The notes beneath the pieces are model-generated. The model was not told the DNA's origin. It saw nothing but the letters and a program-made list of their open reading frames with translations, and did not search any database. Below, one piece after another: positions 19,257 to 28,029 of a stretch of DNA of 64,000 nucleotides. Made by a program: the position numbers and the translations under genes. The stretch spans positions 15,704 to 79,703 of the forward strand of contig CAZSKP010000006.1 of NCBI GenBank assembly GCA_964607485.1, read 5' to 3'. Position 1 is the first letter of the stretch. Each line of letters starts with the position of its first letter. Source of the DNA: an uncultured bacterium. GTDB taxonomy: Bacteria > Abyssobacteria > SURF-5.

Positions 19257-20857
19257 AGAAGAAGAAGATTAGGGTGGAGGACATCAGCAAGCCCGGTGAG
19301 AAACTTACCCACCTGGACCCGAAAGATTTCATGCCCCTGCCGCCTCCTTATGATAAGCCGGAAAATCTTCCCGACTGGGACCCGCTCAAGGTTTCCGACA
19401 AGATTGAGTCCTCTCTGGACGACACGGTCGTCGTGGCAGTGCCCAAGCCGGAGACCAAGGAGGAAGAGGATAAACTGGTCCGACAATTCCTCTCAGGGCT
19501 CGAAAAGCTTTTCACGAAAGAAGACAACTGGTCCTTCCTCCAAATCCTGAAACTCACGATGGAACACTGCGCCAAGTGCCAGACATGTTCCGACGCCTGC
19601 CACATCTTTGAAGCCAGCGGCAGGAACGAGGTGTACCGGCCTTCATACCGGTCCGAGGTGCTGAGGCGCATCTACAACAAGTACCTCAAACCGGGCGGCA
19701 AATTCTTCGGCAGGTGGAAACACGGCGACATAGACCTGAACTGGACGACGGTCGCAAGGCTTATCGAACTCTCCTACCGGTGCAATATCTGTCGGCGATG
19801 TGCGCAAACATGCCCCATCGGCGTGGACAATGCGCTGGTTACGCACGAGCTGCGCAAACTGTTCAGCCAGGAAATGGGCATCGCAGCGCGCGAGCTGCAC
19901 GAAAAGGGGTCGATGCTCCAACTGCAGGTCGGCTCTTCGACCGGAATGAACCCGCTGGTGGTCAAGGATAACATAGAGTTTATCGACGAGGACATGACCG
20001 AGAAGACCGGCATGGAAATCAAGACCCCGTGGGATAAAGAGGGCGCCGACGTGCTCCTCATTCACAATGCCGGCGAGATAATGGCCTGGCCCGAAAACCC
20101 GGGCGCGTTCGCAGTCATCTTCGAGGCCGCCGGAGTGAGCTGGACGCTTTCGAGCGAGATACCCGCATACGACGGCATCAACTACGGCCTGTGGTACGAC
20201 GATTTTCAATTGGCGCGAGTCGCCATCAAGCACGCGCAGGCCGCCAAGAAGCTCGGCGTCAAGAAGATCGTCGTCGGCGAATGCGGGCACTCGACCAAGT
20301 CGCTCATGGTCATCGCCGATCGTGTCCTGACGGGAGACCTGAATGTTCCGCGCGAAAGCGCAATGACGTTCCTGGAAGACCTCGTCTTCAGCGGACGAAT
20401 CAAGGTGGACCCGTCAAGGAACGATTTCCCGGTGACCCTGCACGACCCGTGCAACATGGTGAGGCTGATGGGCATCGTCGAGCCGCAGAGGAGAATCCTC
20501 AGGCATATCTGCCCGCAGTTCCGCGAGATGGAGCCCCACGGAGTGTACAACTATTGTTGCGGCGGCGGCAGCGGCTTCGCTATAATGACCCCGTACAATT
20601 TCCAAAGCTGGCGAAACCTCGTCTCCGGAAGAAAGAAGTTCGAGCAGGTCCTGAACGCATTCAAGGACGACCTCAGCCCTGAGACGCATAAGTACCTGTG
20701 CGCGCCCTGCAGCAATTGCAAGGGCCAGCTTCGAGACCTCCTGTTCGCGTACGACGCATGGGAGAAGTGCGGAATCCTGTACGGCGGATTGGTCGAGCTG
20801 ATAGTCAACGCCATGGTCGATGTCAAGCCGGGATTCATCGAGTGGGAATGGCATTGA
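19253..20857 (+). CDS. HdrD/DsrK/GlpC-family Fe-S oxidoreductase with two 4Fe-4S ferredoxin motifs and CCG domains
   Basis: CAKCQTCSDAC and CNICRRCAQTCP ferredoxin motifs; CCG-type Cys clusters (DPCNMVRLMG ... YNYCCGGGSGF ... CAPCSNCKG); GAGGAGG RBS; translationally coupled to the upstream membrane subunit. Confidence 0.7.
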   Translation: MKKKKIRVEDISKPGEKLTHLDPKDFMPLPPPYDKPENLPDWDPLKVSDKIESSLDDTVVVAVPKPETKEEEDKLVRQFLSGLEKLFTKEDNWSFLQILKLTMEHCAKCQTCSDACHIFEASGRNEVYRPSYRSEVLRRIYNKYLKPGGKFFGRWKHGDIDLNWTTVARLIELSYRCNICRRCAQTCPIGVDNALVTHELRKLFSQEMGIAARELHEKGSMLQLQVGSSTGMNPLVVKDNIEFIDEDMTEKTGMEIKTPWDKEGADVLLIHNAGEIMAWPENPGAFAVIFEAAGVSWTLSSEIPAYDGINYGLWYDDFQLARVAIKHAQAAKKLGVKKIVVGECGHSTKSLMVIADRVLTGDLNVPRESAMTFLEDLVFSGRIKVDPSRNDFPVTLHDPCNMVRLMGIVEPQRRILRHICPQFREMEPHGVYNYCCGGGSGFAIMTPYNFQSWRNLVSGRKKFEQVLNAFKDDLSPETHKYLCAPCSNCKGQLRDLLFAYDAWEKCGILYGGLVELIVNAMVDVKPGFIEWEWH

Positions 20858-20937
20858 TGGTTCAACAGACAAGAGATTCGCTCGTGGCCTGAAAGCAGGT
20901 TTGTGGACGGGAATTCGCCGAACATAACGAAAGGACG

Positions 20938-21363
20938 ATGAGGATGGCGGACGGACAGGGAGCGAAAAAAAAGATTCTCGTGCTCGACGACGAGCCGGAT
21001 GTGGTAACCTATCTCGTGAGCCTTCTTGAGGACAACGACTACATCACCGTTTCGGCAGCCGATGGGGTCGAGGGAATGGAAAAGGTGAAATCCGAAAAGC
21101 CCGACCTCATTACCCTCGACATCTCCATGCCCGAGAAATCCGGTATCCGATTCTACCGGGAAATCAAGGCCGACCCGGACTTGAAGAAGATACCGGTCGT
21201 CGTCGTTACCGGCGTCGAGAGCACGCAGGACGGCGGCACGGGAAAAGACTTCGAACGGTTCTTAAGCACTCGCAAGCAGGTGCCTCCGCCCGATGCGTTT
21301 ATCATGAAGCCCATCGAAGAAGCCGAGTTGCTGAACACGTTGAAGAAGCTGCTGAGCGCCTGA
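20938..21363 (+). CDS. Stand-alone response-regulator receiver domain protein (CheY-like)
   Basis: KKKILVLDDEPD acidic pocket; phospho-acceptor LITLDISMPEKSG; conserved T and K (VVVVTG, IMKP). Confidence 0.8.
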   Translation: MRMADGQGAKKKILVLDDEPDVVTYLVSLLEDNDYITVSAADGVEGMEKVKSEKPDLITLDISMPEKSGIRFYREIKADPDLKKIPVVVVTGVESTQDGGTGKDFERFLSTRKQVPPPDAFIMKPIEEAELLNTLKKLLSA

Positions 21364-21394
21364 GCGCGCAATCGAAACTCCGAGCGGGGCCGCG

Positions 21395-22990
21395 CTACTC
21401 CTGGGGGCCGTCGTTTCCGCGCACCCCATTTGCGGAACGACTCATAACCTTTGGGCCCGCGAAAAGCATTCCTCCGCTGTCGAATTTCTTTTCGAGAGCA
21501 AACTGATCGTTAAGCTTCGTATTGTCCACGTACTGTTCCCGATAACTCTTCAGTCCCGCCGGCTCGAAGGGGATTCCCGAAAAGAACACGTAATCGACGC
21601 TCGACGACAAGCGCTGTTCGAAATCGGCATACCTTGCGGGAGCCAACACGGAGACGAGGTCGGCCTTCCACGCCAGTTCCCACGGTTGATCGGTGACGAC
21701 AACCGACTCGGAAGGCAACTGCCTCAGATACTCGATTTCCTCCCCGTCTTTCGACCAAATGGATTTATAATCGGTATTCCATCCTTTCCCGACGGAAGTG
21801 GCCGCCACGGCGAGGACGGCCGCGCCCATCAACCATGGCCGCGCCCGAGGCCACGGCGCCAGCCGAAGCAATCGGTCGAAGGCGATGACGGCGAACAACG
21901 CGATGAGCGGAATGAACGGCACAAAGAGCCGGATCAGCGGATGCACGATCGCCACAAGATGCATCTGGAGCACCATCATGATGCAAAGCGTGTAGAGCAA
22001 GAACCGCAAGCGTCGCTGGATGCGGAAGGCAAGAAGGCTCGCAAAGAAAAAGAGCATCACCGCCGGGTGCGTCAGAAGCGGAATCTCGCCGGTCAAATAG
22101 TTCAGTCCGCGAACGTATTTCGTCACGAGGTCGCCGAAATGGTGCGTCAGCATGGCGATCGGGCCCACCGGGTCGAATGTGGCATATAGATAGTAACCGG
22201 GATATGTCTTCGTGAACATCGCCACCTCATACTTCTGCAGAGAAAACATCGGGTTGCCGGTGAGCACCGTGTTCCGTATCAGCCACGGCAGCGACACGAG
22301 CAGCGCCCCCGCACCGAAAAGAGCGGTCTCGCGCCATTTGTATCTGTCTACGACCAGGAGAAACCACAGCACCGCCGGCAGATAGACCAGCGCGTTGTAA
22401 CGATGCAGGTAGCACAGTCCGAACACGAGGCCCGTCACGAACGGGTTCGCCCCGACGTACAGGGCATACAGCAGTAGCGCCAGCAGAAACGCAAACGACA
22501 TCTCAGTGAGGGCGTGCAGGCTGTAGTTCCACATCTGCGGCAGAAAAATCACGAGCGCAGCCGCCGCGACGCCGACCGACCTGCCCGAAACCCTCCTGCC
22601 GAAAAGATACATCGCGGGCGCGAGGAGAATGAAAAAGAAGCCAGACACCAACACGCCCGCCGACTCTTTCACCCCCGCGAGCGAATAGGCGAGGCAGATC
22701 ATCAGCGGATACAGAGGCGGGCGCCAGTAGTCGGGATGGTGTTCGAGGCGCACGTCGAAGGCAAGCTCGAGCGGCTTTATGGCCTTTGTGGTGAACCCTT
22801 CGCCCCTGTGGAGGTTTCGAGCTATCTGGCAGTAGTCGGCCTGGTCGTTCGACCGCAGGCCCTCGAACTTGTGCGTAAACAGAAACGCGAAGATCACCGT
22901 GGCTGCAACCGTGAACGCGAGAACAAACCACCAGTCGTTCGCGCGCAATGGTATAGTTTCGGGATTATCGACCTTCGGATTATCTGACAT
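21395..22990 (-). CDS. GT-C family membrane glycosyltransferase (GT39/ArnT/PMT-like)
   Basis: 531 aa; about 12 TM helices followed by a soluble C-terminal domain; family call is tentative, based on overall architecture. Confidence 0.45.
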   Translation of the reverse strand: MSDNPKVDNPETIPLRANDWWFVLAFTVAATVIFAFLFTHKFEGLRSNDQADYCQIARNLHRGEGFTTKAIKPLELAFDVRLEHHPDYWRPPLYPLMICLAYSLAGVKESAGVLVSGFFFILLAPAMYLFGRRVSGRSVGVAAAALVIFLPQMWNYSLHALTEMSFAFLLALLLYALYVGANPFVTGLVFGLCYLHRYNALVYLPAVLWFLLVVDRYKWRETALFGAGALLVSLPWLIRNTVLTGNPMFSLQKYEVAMFTKTYPGYYLYATFDPVGPIAMLTHHFGDLVTKYVRGLNYLTGEIPLLTHPAVMLFFFASLLAFRIQRRLRFLLYTLCIMMVLQMHLVAIVHPLIRLFVPFIPLIALFAVIAFDRLLRLAPWPRARPWLMGAAVLAVAATSVGKGWNTDYKSIWSKDGEEIEYLRQLPSESVVVTDQPWELAWKADLVSVLAPARYADFEQRLSSSVDYVFFSGIPFEPAGLKSYREQYVDNTKLNDQFALEKKFDSGGMLFAGPKVMSRSANGVRGNDGPQE

Positions 22991-23279
22991 GCCGTTTGAC
23001 GAAGTCGCAGCCGGTTTCCCTCGCTCAGGTAAGGCAGTAGCGATGCTAACGCAAAACAGGCGGATAAGTCAAACGAACGCCGATACTGACGGACTTGCGC
23101 GCTGTGTTTGAGGATAGATAAAAATACGACCCGTCGCTGTAAGAGGAGGGAATATCGATGAGTTGAAAGAAGAGATTCCGTGAAGCCCCTCTGTTGCCAT
23201 TACACTGCTGTAACCTCAGGAACAAATCCTTTGTTGAGTTTATATCTCGGAATCTCCTCTTGAGAATTTCTTGGCAGCC

Positions 23280-24230
23280 TCACTTTTTCCTGTTACTGCG
23301 CTTCCTTGTCGACCTCTTCGATGCCCGTGTAAGAGGCACCTTATGCTCGCGTATCATTTGAGCTCCCGTACCCTGCCCTTCGTATGCTGTAACGATTTCA
23401 GTTTTTGCGTTTGCGAACAACGAATAGGATTCCTGTTGAACACGGCTTATGGCCATAAGAGCGTATTCAGGCTCGACCTCCACACCAATGCTGTTGCGTC
23501 CGGCCTGCAAAGCCGCCAACATCGCTGTTCCAGTTCCACAGAAGGGATCGAGCACAGTATCATCGTAAAATGAGAACATTCTCACACAGCGATAGGCAAG
23601 CTCCAGTGGAAAGGGCGCGGGATGGTCCTTTGTGGAAGCACCGCCTACTGTCCAGAACTGCCGGAACCATTTGTCATATTCACTTTTTGATATTCTGCTC
23701 AATCTCCTTTGTTTCTCCGTGGGCTTTCTGTATCCGCCGGGTTTTCGCTGCATCAAAATGAACTCTATATCGTTCTTAATAATGGCGTTTGGTTCATACG
23801 GTTTGCCCAGGAATTTGGTGCCATTTTCGACCTCAAAACTCGCATTCGCAATCTTATACCAAATTATCGGGTTCAGGTTGTCAAACCCAATCTTTCGGCA
23901 AGTTACGCAGATATCCGCGTGAAGAGGAACAACCAGATGGCGGCCGTGTTTTCGGCGCGAGAGACACACATCTCCCACAACGCATATTAGACGCCCGCCA
24001 GGCACCAATACCCTGTAGCAATGTTGCCAGACCTTCTCCAGCTGGGTAATGAAATCGTCGTAGTCCGACACATGGCCAAGTTGCCCCGGACGTTCTTTGT
24101 ATTTCTTGAGGGTCCAATATGGCGGCGAAGTAAGAACAAGATGTACCGACTCATCTGGGATAAAAGACATCTCACGAGCGTCGCCAACAACGAGTTTGTG
24201 GGTTGTGATATCTCCACCCTTGTCACTCAT
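23280..24230 (-). CDS. Beta-class DNA methyltransferase (N4-cytosine or N6-adenine), type II modification subunit
   Basis: Motif IV LVLTSPPYW near the N-terminus and motif I DPFCGTGT near the C-terminus, the circular permutation typical of beta-class MTases; lower local GC. Confidence 0.85.
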   Translation of the reverse strand: MSDKGGDITTHKLVVGDAREMSFIPDESVHLVLTSPPYWTLKKYKERPGQLGHVSDYDDFITQLEKVWQHCYRVLVPGGRLICVVGDVCLSRRKHGRHLVVPLHADICVTCRKIGFDNLNPIIWYKIANASFEVENGTKFLGKPYEPNAIIKNDIEFILMQRKPGGYRKPTEKQRRLSRISKSEYDKWFRQFWTVGGASTKDHPAPFPLELAYRCVRMFSFYDDTVLDPFCGTGTAMLAALQAGRNSIGVEVEPEYALMAISRVQQESYSLFANAKTEIVTAYEGQGTGAQMIREHKVPLTRASKRSTRKRSNRKK

Positions 24231-25048
24231 GACCGCTTGACTCCAAGCTTCGAGAGCAATAGCTTCACCGCTGTCTCTATTGAATCGGCTGTTTCAGATG
24301 CAAAGACTACACAGGCAATGTTTGGCGATTGCAGCCGGCTGAGAATATTAGCGTGCTCCTCTATGAAGGGATAATACACAACTGCTCCAAAGCGGGCAGA
24401 GGGATAAGCCCTTTTCAAGTTGGATGCTTTATTAACGATCTCGTCGCATCTCTTGTGTATGTCGCGGCGAGCTTCAATTCGCTTTACGTCGATCCCTAAT
24501 TCTATATCTCCGCTCTTCGGAGAAGCCGCATCCAGCTCAAATCTTTCTTTACGATGGGTAAATGTTCGCTTTCGGAAGCTGGCCGAAGCATGCGTGTTTA
24601 GGCACTTCAGTATCTTCTTCTCCCACTGGCCTTTGAGTTTTCGAACCTCTTTATCAACGAATGCCCATCGGTCAAGATAGCAAAGCGTTGGAATCTCCAG
24701 AAATGGTGGGAGATGAGGACGAATGTAGCCTGCAATGATTTCTGCCTGTTTCGGCTTTAAGCGAGGGTTATACGTATCAAGGTTCTTTATGCCAAGGTCC
24801 CTTTCAATTGCACGGGCGGCAATGTTGCATGCCGCCAGTAGAGGTTTTAGGACCAGAGGCTCTGCGGAGATGCCTTGCGCCAGATCTTCGGCGGTCATCT
24901 CTGAAAACGTTATGATTTCGACTGCGCGACTTTGGATAAATCTGTTGAAAGCATGTTGAAGCGCCTGATGGACCGACGACGCGCGCTTCTTGGCGTCCTC
25001 GCCGACCCATCCCATGTAATCTGCGTGAGAACCGTATCCTTCAGGCAC
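24227..25048 (-). CDS. Putative cognate type II restriction endonuclease
   Basis: 273-aa ORF with no recognisable motifs; its stop overlaps the MTase start by 4 nt (ATGA), giving translational coupling; lies in the same low-GC island. Confidence 0.4.
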   Translation of the reverse strand: MPEGYGSHADYMGWVGEDAKKRASSVHQALQHAFNRFIQSRAVEIITFSEMTAEDLAQGISAEPLVLKPLLAACNIAARAIERDLGIKNLDTYNPRLKPKQAEIIAGYIRPHLPPFLEIPTLCYLDRWAFVDKEVRKLKGQWEKKILKCLNTHASASFRKRTFTHRKERFELDAASPKSGDIELGIDVKRIEARRDIHKRCDEIVNKASNLKRAYPSARFGAVVYYPFIEEHANILSRLQSPNIACVVFASETADSIETAVKLLLSKLGVKRS

Positions 25049-25557
25049 CTTTATCTCTTCAATTCTGGTTCCATGTTCTTAATAGTCATTGGAATACTAC
25101 TACATTCCCGAATAGAAGTCAAAAGCAATAATCCCCCCGTACAGCAATGTTGTGCTGCCAGAATCGCTCTTGTCCACTCTGTCGAAGCTTCATAAATCGA
25201 CCGCGGGATTGTATCCGCGGCCTTTCCCGGTGAGTCAAAAATCGTCCCGGAGTATTCCATTTTGGCTTGAAATATGGTAAAATTTAGGTGAGCATGGCTC
25301 CCTGGCTCGATGGGGGGTGGGCAGGAAAATGAAAGGAACTGTCCAGAAAATCGTATTCTTTCTGCTCTCCATGATGCTCCTGTTCCTGGTTTATAGATGC
25401 GCAATGATGATGAAGGAGAGCAAGAGCCCGTACGTGAATTTCCCCAACAAGATCGACACCTTCAGGTGAGCCGCGCTCGATGTCGTGAGCGCGCCGAACC
25501 CCGGTGCGCGTTGTACCCTTTCTCAGCCAATCTTAGTCCATTCAACTGGAGACATAT

Positions 25558-26208
25558 ATGCCGGAGCAGCCTGTTTTTTTTCATGCGGGAACCCTGAAGC
25601 TGGAAGGCATGTTCTCGCCGGCGCCCGCCGGTCAGCAGCAACGGCCCTCGGCCGTCATATGCCATCCCCATCCGGTTTACGGAGGCACGATGGGCAATAA
25701 CGTCGTCATGGCGCTCACACGCGCGCTCCAGCAGACGGGCCACGCGACGCTTCGGTTCAATTTCCGTGGCGTCGGCCGTAGCGAGGGACGGTATGCCGAG
25801 GGAACAGGCGAGATAGAGGACGTCCGCGCAGCGATCGCGTTCGTGCGTCAGGAATCCGGAGCCGGCGACTCACCGACCATTCTCGCCGGCTATTCGTTTG
25901 GCTCGTGGGTGGCCGCAAACTCACTCGACGGCGACAGCGTCGTGTCGCACCTCATACTGGTGGCGCCGCCTACCTCGATGTTCAGCTTTTCCGCGTTGAA
26001 CGACGACAAGCAGGAGCGCGCGCGGCATTTTATCGTCGGCGAGCGCGACCAGTACTGCGACCGCGCCGTCCTGCAGGAAATATTCGACCGGCTCCCCGAG
26101 CCCAAGACAATCCGCGTCATCCCCCGCGCCGACCATTTCTTTTTCGGCCGCGACCGGGCGCTCGGCGAGGCCGTCAGAGAGGCCGTCGCCGACCACACGG
26201 CCGAGTGA
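25558..26208 (+). CDS. Alpha/beta-hydrolase fold protein
   Basis: Nucleophile elbow GYSFGSW; oxyanion-region HPHPVYGG; C-terminal Asp/His candidates (IPRADHFF). Confidence 0.7.
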   Translation: MPEQPVFFHAGTLKLEGMFSPAPAGQQQRPSAVICHPHPVYGGTMGNNVVMALTRALQQTGHATLRFNFRGVGRSEGRYAEGTGEIEDVRAAIAFVRQESGAGDSPTILAGYSFGSWVAANSLDGDSVVSHLILVAPPTSMFSFSALNDDKQERARHFIVGERDQYCDRAVLQEIFDRLPEPKTIRVIPRADHFFFGRDRALGEAVREAVADHTAE

Positions 26209-26332
26209 AAAGGGGTCAGGTCTTGCATTGCAACATTCTTCGCGATAGGATTTTCATTTTCAGACAGGAATTTCTCTCACCGCTCGGGCGAACGGAAAAG
26301 GACTGAATGTTGCAATGCAAGACCTGACCCCA
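26204..26332. repeat. Perfect 27-bp inverted repeat (GGGGTCAGGTCTTGCATTGCAACATTC ... GAATGTTGCAATGCAAGACCTGACCCC) flanking a 75-nt spacer
   Basis: Arms verified as exact reverse complements; the right arm contains the start codon of the enoyl-CoA hydratase. Confidence 0.85.
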
Positions 26333-27118
26333 ATAGGGCCTTCCCCCAAGTTTGACACCATCCTGTGGAACCTCGAGGGAGCGGTCCTCACGCTTACCCT
26401 CAACAGGCCCGAAAAGCTGAACGCGTTCAACGTCGGTATGTTCAGCGACGTCGAACAGGCGATGGAGGCGGCGTCGGCCGATTCCGCCGTTCGCGTCGTG
26501 GTTTTCACGGGAGCCGGACGCGCTTTCAGTTCGGGCGCCGACCTCACGGATGTAAGCCAGTACCATGCCGGCGCCGAAGGCGACGCGCTCGCACTTGGCA
26601 TACGACAGGCCCAGAGAGCATTCGACAAGGTCGAAGCGCTCCCGAAACCCACGATCGCCGCCATCAACGGCCACGCCGTCGGCGCAGGCTTGCAGCTTGG
26701 GCTTGCGTGCGACTTCCGCATCGCGGCCCGCGACGCAAAGCTGGGGCTATCGGACGTGAAGATAGGCATCGTCCCGGCCCTTGGAGCCACGACCAGGCTT
26801 CCCGCGCTGATCGGGATCGCAAAGACCAAGGAGCTCATTCTGACAGGCGACCTCGTGAGTGGGGAAGAGGCGCTCAAAATCGGGTTGGTCAACTACGCGG
26901 TTGATAGGGAATCCCTCGACCAGGCGGTGAACGAGCTGGCGCAGAAGCTCGCCTCCCGCGCGCCGCTCGCGATGGCCGCAGCGAAACGCCTGCTCAACTC
27001 CGCGGCGTCACTCGACGAAGTCGCCTCCGCTCAATCCCGCCTGATCAAATCCGCAGACGCGCTCGAGGGCATCTCCGCGTTCTTCGAAAAGCGGCCGCCG
27101 AACTTCACAGGATCGTGA
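26315..27118 (+). CDS. Enoyl-CoA hydratase/isomerase (crotonase family)
   Basis: LTLNRPEKLNAF; oxyanion-hole region FTGAGRAFSSGADL; GHAVGAGLQLGLACDFRIA. Confidence 0.85.
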   Translation: MQDLTPIGPSPKFDTILWNLEGAVLTLTLNRPEKLNAFNVGMFSDVEQAMEAASADSAVRVVVFTGAGRAFSSGADLTDVSQYHAGAEGDALALGIRQAQRAFDKVEALPKPTIAAINGHAVGAGLQLGLACDFRIAARDAKLGLSDVKIGIVPALGATTRLPALIGIAKTKELILTGDLVSGEEALKIGLVNYAVDRESLDQAVNELAQKLASRAPLAMAAAKRLLNSAASLDEVASAQSRLIKSADALEGISAFFEKRPPNFTGS

Positions 27119-27950
27119 CAGCTTTCCGAATTTTCTCGCCGCGCTTCCTTAACACAATCCCGTCGTGCCGCCAGATTTCTTTGAACTCGGCGTGGGTGAG
27201 AGTTCTCCTTCCGTCAAACGGGTCGCCGAGGACTACCTCGTCGTCCGTTATGTCAAGCACGGCCACGTAGTGGTCGACCATGAACGTGAAGCGGATGGCG
27301 GCTATCGATGTCCCTGCACCTTCAAGCTCGCGGATCGAGTCGAAGTGTCGATACTCGCAGTCGAGGCCCTCGCCTCCATACATCTCTTCGAGCGCGCCGC
27401 AGAGCAAATCGGGCGGCGTGCCCGTCACAGGATTGGAATATGCGGCGACGGCTATTTCTCCCTCTGCTCCTCGGATTCCGAGCTGTCCCAGCGCCGTCAC
27501 GGCCGCGGCCGGGCCGCATGTGTAGGCCGTGCCCTGCATGCACACGCCGGTCGAATTGACACTCGTCTCCAGCGCAGACAGACGCCCTTTGAGAATCGCC
27601 GGGAGCGCGAACGGCAGAATCGAGAAGTGGACGACGGCGACGACCATGAAGGTGTTCACCATCACCCTCTGCCGTTTGCGAGGCAACCGCGCGAGGCTGG
27701 TGGTGACCAGCATCGCGCACGCGAGCGACAAGGCCACGAACTCGCGCCGACCCGCCATCAGCCAGGAGAATGGAATCTGAAAAACAAGCGTGTCGCTCCA
27801 TCGCGCCGCCGCAACCATGCCGATGAGAGCGAACGGTACGACGTATCCGATTTGCCAATACGGACTCCGCAGGCGCGAGAACGCCCGCCCGGCAAGGACC
27901 CCAACCACCGCAAGCAAAGCAACGCCCATCGTCCCGAGGTACTCAGCCAT
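27105..27950 (-). CDS. Membrane protein with a C-terminal papain-like (peptidase C39-like) domain
   Basis: 4-5 N-terminal TM helices; candidate catalytic Cys in GTAYTCGPAAAVTAL followed by His/Asp-rich segments; the call is tentative. Confidence 0.4.
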   Translation of the reverse strand: MAEYLGTMGVALLAVVGVLAGRAFSRLRSPYWQIGYVVPFALIGMVAAARWSDTLVFQIPFSWLMAGRREFVALSLACAMLVTTSLARLPRKRQRVMVNTFMVVAVVHFSILPFALPAILKGRLSALETSVNSTGVCMQGTAYTCGPAAAVTALGQLGIRGAEGEIAVAAYSNPVTGTPPDLLCGALEEMYGGEGLDCEYRHFDSIRELEGAGTSIAAIRFTFMVDHYVAVLDITDDEVVLGDPFDGRRTLTHAEFKEIWRHDGIVLRKRGEKIRKAVTIL

Positions 27951-28029
27951 GTCCTTTCCCTCCTGTGCGGGGACCGGCCTCCCCTTCCCCGGGCGTCGCC
28001 GCTTCCCATGGTGTGGGCTTTAAGCACCA

